Positions 25,754 to 36,245 of a DNA stretch of 64,000 bases are shown in pieces. Where the stretch lies: the NCBI GenBank assembly GCA_043228905.1, contig JBHGNT010000016.1:18166001-18230000 (forward strand), read 5' to 3'. The position numbers and the translations under genes are program-made. Numbering within the stretch: the first letter of the stretch is position 1; every line of letters begins with the position of its first letter. Under the pieces are notes generated by a model that saw only the letters and a list, made by a program, of their open reading frames with translations, was not told the DNA's origin and did no database searches. This stretch comes from Azolla caroliniana (taxonomy: Eukaryota > Plantae > Polypodiophyta).

Positions 25754-28641
25754 ATGGTATACTCGAGCCGGATTCCCGGCCCTTGGTAGTATTTTTCGAA
25801 CGGTCCGTGGTACTTTCCACCATTGTCCGCTCGAACTGTCTTCAATTTTCGGCCGGTTTCTCTCTCGGCCCTCACTTGGAACTCTTTGAAGATGGATAAC
25901 ACCTGATTCTTCGTCTTCAGCACTAAAGCCCATAACTTCCGGCAACAGTCTTCTATGAAGGTCACGAAATACTATGAACCACCATGAGACTTTGTGTCTA
26001 TGTAGAATACGTCTGGATGGACGCATTTCAACAGCCTTTTCTTCCTCATCAGGGGCCTCGATCAGAAGGAGGTGTTGTTTTGCTTGCCAACCAAGAAATC
26101 TGTGAACTTCTCAAGTTTCACATTCTTTACCTCCGGAATGAGGTTGTCATCAGCAAGTCTTCACATACCCTTCTGGCTCATGTGACATAGCCGCTTGTGC
26201 CGTAGCTGACTAGTTGTGTCGGTTGCCACATTTATCTCCTTTCAGCATAATCGTGCATGTATTATATACAATATTATATACCAAATTGGTCTTCCGGGCT
26301 CGGGCCACGATCAGCTTGCCTTTGCAAAACTTCATGACACAATTTTGGATGCTACCCGTGTAGCCTTCGTTATCCAGTTGACTGACTGATATCAAGTTCA
26401 ATCGAACTTTTGGAACGTGTTGAACATCTCTTAACACCATTCTGCAATCGGTCGATGTCATCAGAGACACATCTCCAATGCCGGCGATTCGGCATGCTCC
26501 TTCATTTCCCATCTTTACACATCCGAGATTTCCGACTCTATAAGATGAGAAGAATTTCCGATCGGGGGTTACGTGAAACGACGTATCCGAATCAACCACC
26601 CACGTCGATTCGCCACTAACAAGGTTCACTTCGTTTTGCTCACTGATGAGAAACAAATCCTCCTTACTTGTCACGATTGCTGAGGTGTTCTTGTTGTCCG
26701 AAAACTTCTTTGACTACACACCGTCGGGTTCCCCTTTTTCCTTTTGGAAATGTCGGCAATTCTTTTTGTGGTTACGAGTGCTAGGTGCAGAAACGTGTAT
26801 GGATCTGTAATCGGTACTGGACAACAAACAACACATATAGAAAATAGAATAGGCATGGAGATTTACACAGATGGAGCTTTAATGGAAAGCTTTTTATTAC
26901 TTCGTTCTTTCTCAGGGATACAATAGTCTGCTCATCATCACTCATTACAATGTTAGGTATTCGCTTATATACTAAGCCCTAACTTATTAACGAGTTCAAC
27001 TAGGACGGATACAATTTGGAAGGCGTCGGACTTTTATGCCAACAAACTCCCCCATAAAAGGACTACTCTTTCTTGCATGTACAAGTGCTTGGGGTTATCT
27101 CCCCTGTAAACCTAGATTACAAATTTAACTAGATCTTATGTTACAAGTCTGTCGACAAGTAGCCGAGCCGGCAGAGGTATAGTATGAGTGTCGGTAAACT
27201 CTTACCTTCTGCTCCTCATTCGGCTTTCTTCTGCTTCGTCTCTTGTCGTAGCCTCATCTTCGTTCTTAGCATTCTGAAGCGTTGATCTGGGAGTGGTTTT
27301 GTTAGGCAATCGACGATGTTCACCTTGGTGTCGATCTTCCGGACTTCGAGTTTCTTCTCGGTCACGAGCTCCCAGATATGATGATACCGCACCTCAATGT
27401 GCTTTCTCCTCGCATGGTAGAAGGCATTGTTGATGAGGTGTATTGTGCTTTGTGAGTCGCAATAGATAGTCGGCGCTGGTCGGTCTATTCGGTTTGCAGT
27501 TCCGAAGTCGGCAGTCAGTCGGTGTAGCCAGATCGCTTCCTTTGTTGATTCCGATGCTGCTATATTCTCGGCTTCTGTGGTAGACAGAGCCGTGCACTCT
27601 TGAAGTTTTGACCTCCATGATATCGCACCACCACCAAAGGTGAAGATGTAGCCTAATGTCGATTTCCGATTGTCCATGTTCCTAGCGTAGTCCGAGTCGG
27701 TGTAGCCTTCGATTTCGGCTGAGATTGTCAGTCCGAAAGTCAACTGTGCATCCGTGGTTCCTTTAGATACCTAAGGATGTGCTTGACGGCCTCCCAGTGC
27801 TTCTTTCCTGGGTTTGACATATACCGACTGACCACCCCTACGACATAAGCTAGGTCGGGTCGGGTCACCACCATTGCGTACATGATACTTCCATTATGCT
27901 CTCTCTCCTTGTCCGTTGCAAGAGAGTCTCTATTTGATAGTCTGATTGACGTCGGAAGCGGTGTCAGTGTTGGCTTCGCGTTCTCCATGTTGAAGCGTTT
28001 TAGCACCTTGCAGATGTATTCGGACTGGGAGAGTTGGAGAGTTTTGGTCATCCGATTTCGCTCTATCCTCATGCCCAGTATGTGTTAGGCTTGTCCAAGT
28101 TCCTTCATCGTGAACTTTGCGTGAAGGATCCACTTCAGCTTACCAATCTTTGCTTGATTGCTCCTTGCAATCAACATGTCTTTAGCGTATAGGATCAAAT
28201 AGATCCTTGACTCGTTGGTCAGTTGCCGAACATACATGCATGGGTCGGAGTCTGATCAATTGTCGTGTAGGAATGTCGTCTTTACATCCATTTGCTCAAG
28301 CTCGAGATCTTCTGTCGCCACGACTCCTAGTAGGAGTCGGAGGGTGGTCATCTTGACTACTGGTGAGAATATCTCTTCGTAGTCGACCCTGTATTCCTAT
28401 TTGAATCCTTTTGCGACAAGCCGAGCTTTGTACTTGGGTTTCTCGGAGTCAGATACGTACTTGTATCGGAACACCCATTTGCAAGGTAGCGACTGTCATG
28501 AATCCGTGAACATTATGTGGCTTCACTTGGGCTCGAGCCCAAGACCTTGTAATACATAATCAAGAACTTAACCATTAAGATAACATATGATTATATGAAA
28601 TAATAAAAGCTACTTCTTGTAATAGACTGATATTGTAAATG

Positions 28642-28745
28642 TTCTAGAACATCCTAAAACATTCTAGAACATCCTAGAACGTCTTAGAATATTCTAGGTC
28701 TAGAACATTCTAGAACATTATAGAAATCACTAGATTATTCTATAG
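28642..28745 (+). promoter_or_regulatory. Heat-shock-element-like array upstream of TATA (also at ~42768-42870 and ~1708-1750)
   Basis: Repeated ttctagaaca = alternating nTTCn/nGAAn pentamers; tataaata at 28751. Confidence 0.65.
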
Positions 28746-31059
28746 GAACCTATAAATATGGACATACAATTCTTCTCAAAACCAATTCGAATCAACACCA
28801 GTCTTAAGCTCTCATTGCCTATCTTGTATCCATTCTTATTCTACTTTAATACATTCATTCTTATCTTATCATTTCATTCCTCTTCTTGTGATCTCTTTAT
28901 ATCTTTCGTCTATCACTTTACCTTCTCTCTTGGTTCAGACGGTTTGATTCGAATTCCTTCTTCTCTTCTAGCCTCCTCCACAAACACTAGTAAGTACCCA
29001 TGGCTGCTGGCAACCCACAAGAATACTTCGCCCTTGTTGCAGAAATGGAGAATCTCAAAAGCAAGTTTGCATCACTAGAGCTGGAGAATCAACGATTGCT
29101 TGAAGACCTACAGAAGGTTTTAGTAGAGAAGCAACAAATACACAACGAGTTTACATGAAGGGTTCAACAACTAGAGTCGGCAATAGTAGCTTTACAACAA
29201 CTAAAAGTCGACAGTCAAGGAGTTCTTAAGGAGCCCAAAATCAGCCTCCCAACTAAATTCGATGGGTCGAGAGCACATTTTTGGGGTTTTATAAATCAAG
29301 TGTGGTTGGTAATTCAGATGCATCCCACGCGTTATTCGACGGATTCATCTCGAGTCGGGTTAGTGGGCACTTTATTGACTGGCACGACATTGTCATGGTT
29401 TGCTCCATTGCTAGAAGCAAATTCGCCCCTACTCAATAACTTTGAAGAATTTATGAAAGAGTTTAGGGCTTGCTTCGGAGACACAGATAGTGTAAGAAGG
29501 GAAATCAACAAGATTCGCACATTGCGATAAGGGGATCAACCAATGTCAATGTATGCAACCAGTTTTCGTCTCATTGCAAGTGATATTCGTTGGGACGAAC
29601 AAGCTCTAATGGAGCAGTTTCGTTTGGGTCTCCGTGGAGATGTAAAAGATTTACTTCTTACCTTCCCTGAGGATCCAAAATCCCTTATAGAAGCTATTAG
29701 CCGAGCAATACGGTATGATAATCGGCTTTTGGAGCATCGGTCCGAGCAACAACAACAAACAAGATCAAGATTTATGCCAACTTATGCATCAATGATGCCA
29801 CAATCTCCAAGGCAACAATATAGCCCTGTCCCAACTCCACAACAAACATGTAGCCCAACACCAATGGATAGCCCGACACCGATGGAGATTGATATGACCC
29901 GGCGACGAGGACCTTTATCAGATGAAGAGAAACAACGTCGTTGAGAAAATCGATTATGCTTATATTGTGGAGGTCCAGGACATATTGCCATTCATTGTCC
30001 ACACAGATCGAAACACGTTCGCGTTCACAAGTGGAAGGATTGCACATTCCACTTGTAGAATCTTCTTAAAACGAAGCAAATACACCCTCTCTACAAAAAT
30101 TGGATGCACTAGTATCACATGTTCCTCAACTTGATGAGAATTTGCAAATATAAAAATACATGATAGATCTACGAGTGGAGATCATTAGAAATCATGCAAG
30201 TTTAGACATGTTGATAAGTTAATGTAGGCATAATAAAGTTCAACTATGGCTCAATATGGCACTACTGTGCGACAAGGGAAACACTAACTTAAAGACTTAT
30301 ATTAATTAGGTAAGTTTTACAAAAATATGAGGTGTACTTGTATCCATACTAATAAAATGAGATATAATTTATACTTTGACCCATACGTGCATGTATGTAA
30401 TTGTGGAAAATGTAGGATAATGCATATTAGGATAAGTGATTGGAATAACTAACTTATTAAAGTATTCAATACTTGTATTTAAAGTTGATCTAATCTATTC
30501 CTCAGTTTGTTCATATGGGATCAAACCATATGTGTATATAATTGTGCACAATGTAAGGCAGTGAACTTTAGGATAATGTCGTGGAAATAACAAACCTATT
30601 AGGCTTTCATACCTGTATTTAAAATTGATCTACTCTATTGCTTAGGTGATTCACACAAGATCAAACTCCGAACGATAACGCAACTGGAACCATTATCAAC
30701 ACACTACACAATCTAAGCAGCAATGGAATAGAAACATAATAGTTTTAACAATAGAAGACAAAGATCCATAATAACAACATGGACAGTCATGGAAACAATT
30801 ATAGGGCCATGTTCTGTTAAGGTTAGCTTGGACCAAAATCAACCTCCATTTAAACTAGTTCATGTTTCTCCATAAGTTTGGTAGTCAGCTATGCACGCGG
30901 TGAAACCAATGTCATAAATCTACTAATCAAGTATATAAAAATAAAATTGAAACATATAGAAGATTATAAAGAATAGAATCCACTAGGTAAAACCCAAAAT
31001 TTGTATTAATAATGTGAAATCTTAACAAATCGTCAGTGTCATATTCTTTATAGAGTCTA

Positions 31060-34000
31060 TTACATAGCAATCAATTCATCAACGTCATTTTCTTCATCAT
31101 CTTGTGTAGAACTGTCTTCGGCTATACGTGCATTGGTTTCCCCTGTTAGCCGAGCCAACGAAATATCTTCTATAAGCTCATCATCAAGCTCTATTAGCTC
31201 CCCCGGTTCGCCGGCTAACGGAGGAATAGGCTCTCGCGAAGCAGGTTCAAACCTTTCTGTATTGGCGAGGTTCTTTGCACCGACCTCCTCATCCTGGTCT
31301 GGGCACTCCCACAAAGCCTTAATCCGCATATTAATAAATATAACTTGGTCCTCGTCCTTCTCCAATGCAACTGTATTTCTAAACAGCATCAATGCACATG
31401 CTGACGTAGTTCCTGTGATGTAAGTAACAAGAAGATTTAGTTGTCAAACGAAAAAAAAGTGATTGGTTATCTCAAGATCGTTACCCTAGTTCGAGGAATA
31501 CCTGTGCCAGAAAAGAGATCTAATATCCAGTCTCCTTCAACAGAAAACATCTCGATCAAGCGCATCATAAGTCGCTGAGGTTTTTGGTATGGGTTGACAA
31601 GTCCCCGTTCTGTCGTGGTGACATGTCGCAATTTCCGAGTCACTGCTGGATATACCAACAGATTTGAACCTCCCACTTCATTAGAATGCTCTTTGATTCT
31701 CTGTTTCTTAATTTCATCGAAGTAGCCAACCGTTATGTATTCAATGGCATTAACGAACCGAAAAGTTGGCCCTCTATTTACATTGGTCTTGATCCTATAA
31801 AAAATAATTCATCGAGTTAAGAATAGATTCAACAACCTTAAGAAATGCAATATAGTGAAAGACACCTATAAATAATCCTTACCATGCAAGGTTCTCGATG
31901 CCATGGCAACGAGATCTCAAAGCTTGAGCTACCGAGTACCCTTGGTCCATACTATGAAAGACAACTATTCGCCACAAGGATGCGGTCGTTAGCTCAGCGA
32001 AATCCTTGACCATCTTCTCCAATTGTTTAAACCTAAACGGTTCATCGTCGTATGATGACCCAACCATTCGAAATCCGTAAGGAATATCCGCAATCATTAG
32101 CGTATATTCCTTCTTTGGCACCTTCTGGATCAAGTCGATGACATCACCGCAAACCACATTGTAGTAAAGATCTCTTGTAATATCTTTTTTGTGGCTAAAT
32201 TTTTTAAAGGAGCCATCTTCCTCCATTTCGTACGCCTTGACTAAGCGACGATCCTTTTCTTTTCTGGCTCGCTCGAGATGTGCAAGGAAGGATGTAGGGA
32301 AATCGTGTATATCCTTAACTTCTCCTTTTTTCTTGCCTCGACACGGTTTCTAATAGAAGCAATAGGACATCAGGTATTATTATACAAGCCATATGATGAA
32401 AGGGTAATGAAAAAACATGAATACTAACCCAATCCTTGAATGCAATAAAATACTTTGATAACGCCTTATACGAAGACGTTAGAGGATAATCCTCGGTCAC
32501 TTGTTCCCAAGTTATACATCCAAGTTGTTTCATCATAACTTATTGGATCTTCATGTACACCTTATGACTGTAAAATTAAAAATCAAGATTAGAACTTTGA
32601 ATTACACCAGATAGACTACAATTTCAGTATTTGAGGGACTTACTTATTGAACTCAGTGACCATTTCTTCAAGGCTTAAATCTTTCGCCACAACCCTTGAC
32701 AAAACCGACACAAGAAGCTGCTCGTCCTTAATACCTTGCATCGCTCTCCATAGAGACAGCTTCATGTCATCTGCCGCTTCTTCAATTGTCAAGTCAATTT
32801 TCTTGGCGGCTTGTGACTTTAACTCTAGTTGAGGGTCAACCCTACATTTCTTTTGTCGTTGACCCTTTACCTCCTTATTCTCCCACATTGAGAAGATTTG
32901 ATCTTGTAGGTCCCATACTTCTCCATCTCTAAACGCCAATTGAAACCAAGACTCATACTTTCGAAGACCATCGGACCTAACATTATCATCTACCACAATG
33001 CCGACTTCATGCAGACATTGACGTCGAAGGCCTGGATGTAACTTCACACCAAACTTTTGTTTCACATCTAAATACTCGTGGTGGAAGAACCGTATACGCT
33101 CAATGGACGACATTTTCTGCCTATAGTCATTATCATTATTATGGTCCCATGCCAACAGCTTAGCCTCTTCGGTTGTGAGCCCAACATAAATTTTGCACTC
33201 GGCATACTTGAAGAAGAAAGTGGTTGGATGTTCTCTCACAAGTTGCCGACGTGCCTCTGCTGAATGTGATCCACCAATGACAAAATAATTATATTGATCA
33301 TGCTTTCTAATATCAAAATCTTCAATGGTTTCACATTCTTCAGGATCTACCATAACAATAAAAGGCACCACAGTGGCATGAGGATTAATTTTCATTTTTT
33401 TCTTGAGATTTTGAACATGCATGCGGTGAGGCTCTCTAATCTCAAGTGGTCTTCGACCTGTTTTTTCATCAATAGGGGGCCGATGGATGTGTGTTATAGG
33501 CAAATTAAATACTTGCCCTTTCCTGACCAGCTTCCGTTGCATTAACTCTCTCCTTATTTTATTCTGCTCGGATGACAAAACACCCGAGGCCAGCTCAGCT
33601 CCTGGCGTCCCCTTATTATCCTCCTCTTCGTTTTCACTTGTTGAATCCGTATCCGACATTTTCGTTGTCTTCTTCTTTGCTGGTCTTGACTGGACTTTGG
33701 AAACCTTTTTTGTTGGCTTCAATGGGGAGGGCACTTCATCTCTTAGAGTTACATGGCCTTGTATATAAGGCCTCAAGGTAACAATAAGGTTTTGTGAGCT
33801 ATCAAGTGCTTTTTTGAACACTTCTGGCCCACAAGATTCTTTTACTAAAAGGTCTTCTGAAAGGAACACTTTACGTACCCCCTTGGAGCACTCTATCATT
33901 ACCAGTATGTTGGCCGAATCTGCATCTTCGTAGTCAAATCGTAGAATACGGCCATACATAAATGGGGTTTCCTTTCCAAGTTGCCCCTCACCCTTCTTCT

Positions 34001-35395
34001 TTGCTGTATACAATACGACTTTTTTCTTTGAGTCGACATATTGCATACACCATTCCTTGTCCGTTAGATCTCGGTCAGGAAGGTCTTCACCTCCAGTAGC
34101 GGCAACAAGTTTCTTTTGGCTAACATCACTATGTGGCTGAGATTTTGTCTCTTCGTTAAAGAGAAGCCTTTTTCCTCTCTTCATGGTCTCAGGAGCTACC
34201 TTGGTCTGGGCTTCGATTGGAGAACCTTGTATGCGAAGCTTTATTTTCTTCACCGGTCGGTCCGACAGGTTTTCAAACGACCTATTTAAGAAAGTATATG
34301 CAAAAACATAAGTTAGGTAGTCACGTAGATTAAGGTTGTATATTAACATGAAGAACAGTTCCCAGGAGCAGTCCTATATTCAAAAATCTATTATAGGCAG
34401 GGCTATTCAACCTAGAAAATATATATCGTAATAAGTAAAAAGGGTTATATATTCTTTTAAATAGTAGGTATGACTTATATACATTACAAACCTATATTGA
34501 CGAGAATTTGCTATCGTAAAGGCAATTTGTGGATCATTTTCTACTATTTTAAGCTAAAGTAGGTCATAAAACACCTATAATTAGAGCATGTTTTTTTTTA
34601 AAAGTAAGGAAAGCCAACATAAAAAGACTGATTTTGCCAGACAATTTGATATCTTTTCCATCCCAAAATTATTTGTTACCCCAAAAATACAATTTTTTCC
34701 TCTCAAAGCCTTCTTATATATAGGAACTCGATACGGCGTATCGAGTTCCTGTTTAAAACCTACACTTTAAACAAGAACTCAATACGGCGTATTGAGTTCG
34801 TGTTTAAAGTTTAGGTTTTAAACACGAACTCGATACGCCGTATCGAGTTCCTGTTTAAAATCCAAACTTTAAACAGGAACTCGATACGCCGTATCAAGTT
34901 CGTGTTTAAAGTGTAGGTTTTAAACACGAACTCGATACGCCGTATCGAGTTCCTGTTTAAAATCCAAACTTTAAACACGAACTCGATACGCCGTATCAAG
35001 TTCGTGTTTAAAATCCAAACTTTAAACACGAACTCGATACGCCGTATCAAGTTCGTGTTTAAAAACTATACTTTAAACACTAACTCGGTACGGCGTATCG
35101 AGTTCCTGTTTAAAACCTACACATTAAACAGGAACTCGATACGGCGTATCGAGTTCCTGTTTAAAACCTACACTTTAAACATGAACTCGATACGGCGTAT
35201 CAAGTTCCTGTATAAAAAGCAAAATTAAATTATGAACTCGATACGCCGTATCGAGTTCATGTATAAATATTTGTATTGTATACATGAACTCGATACGGGG
35301 TATCGAGTTCTTGAGAAACGAAACATATTTACAAAAATGTCCACAGTGTCAGAGGCCTACCTGGAGTCCTCGCGCTCGATTCTCTTTGAAGACAT
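31060..35395 (-). pseudogene. Six-exon ParB/Srx-like + beta-class N6-A/N4-C DNA methyltransferase gene (~974 aa; one premature TAA at 32540-32542)
   Basis: Exons 35395-35361, 34281-32644, 32567-32429, 32349-31883, 31794-31502, 31412-31060; all introns GT..AG with consistent phases. Motifs: GDVIDL..LMIADIPYG, W.K, NPYQKPQRLM.RLI, DWILDLFSGTGTT..ALMLFRNTVALEKD; ParB-like YFVIGGSHSAEA. Confidence 0.85.
34715..35312. repeat. 12 x 51-bp tandem array of ~43-bp palindromes in intron 1 of the MTase gene
   Basis: Unit tttaaacacgaactcgatacg(c/g)cgtatcgagttcgtgtttaaa plus ~8 nt; the core recurs at 34724, 34775, 34826, 34877, 34928, 34979, 35030, 35081, 35132, 35183, 35234, 35286. Confidence 0.95.
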
Positions 35396-35538
35396 GTTTG
35401 ATCGTGTGGAAGTGGAGGCGGAGATCGCGCTTTCGTGCTTTGTGCTTTGTGTGCTTTGTGTGCTCTGTGTGCTCTCTACGTTCTGTGTGCTCTGTACGCT
35501 TTGTACGCTCTGGTGAGTGAAATATGACGAGGTCTTCC

Positions 35539-35546
35539 TATTTATA
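35539..35546 (-). promoter_or_regulatory. TATA box of the MTase gene
   Basis: TATAAATA on the minus strand, ~145 nt upstream of the predicted ATG. Confidence 0.55.
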
Positions 35547-36245
35547 GGGATTGAACACATTGGTTAAAGTAACCATAGTCACCTTAACCAAGGTTGGTAA
35601 CTTTGAGGATAGTTAGTTGGTAACCATAGTCACATTAACTAGAGAAACTTATGATTGTATTAATGATTACAAAGTCAAACTACCATATTGATCAATCTTT
35701 TATAGTCATAACAACCTACAATGACTTCAAAGGTTATGAATGAGACAATGATAGAGGTTCATGAATGTACCAATGATTGATTACTAAAACCAACAATTTT
35801 TATGACTCTCAAATGTTGTGTATTAAAGATGTGGGCATAAATTAACCAATGATTGATAAGTCTAATATTTAAAATGGTGAGCATTAAAGAACCAATGAGT
35901 GAGACATTCTATATCAAAATGGGTGCCATTAATTAGCCAAATTTTAACATTAATCCAACATATTCATGGCTTGTTAATGATTAGTTTTATATTTTACTTA
36001 ATTTAACTTTATATAGATCTAGTTTATATAATAATTGATATTTTAAGTACAATTACTTTATTAAAAATAATTTTTTGATGTATTGTATTAATAGAATATT
36101 ACATAATATAGACATTCTATTGATTTGGCTTTTGTTTAGAGAGAAGTTTATGTTTAGAGAGGAGTATATGTTTAGAGAGGAGCTTATTAGTTTTTTTCTT
36201 TCCCCTAAGCCCATAACTTAGAGAGCCCTATCTAGACCTTAAGCC

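Noticed and set aside
24931-25899. Cys-rich repeat proteins
   Set aside because: These are translations of the 111-bp LTR tandem repeat with no domain signal.
34715-35312. CRISPR array
   Set aside because: Spacers are only ~8 nt and recurrent rather than unique, there are no cas genes, and the context is a eukaryotic intron.
31060-35395. Bacterial contamination or restriction-modification system
   Set aside because: The gene has five spliceosomal introns and sits inside TIRs nested within plant retrotransposons; no restriction nuclease gene is evident.
34811-35560. Short repeat-derived ORFs (NSIRRIEF..., STQSTQ...)
   Set aside because: These are translations of the palindromic array and of 9-bp 5'UTR repeats; only 35395-35361 is used, as exon 1.
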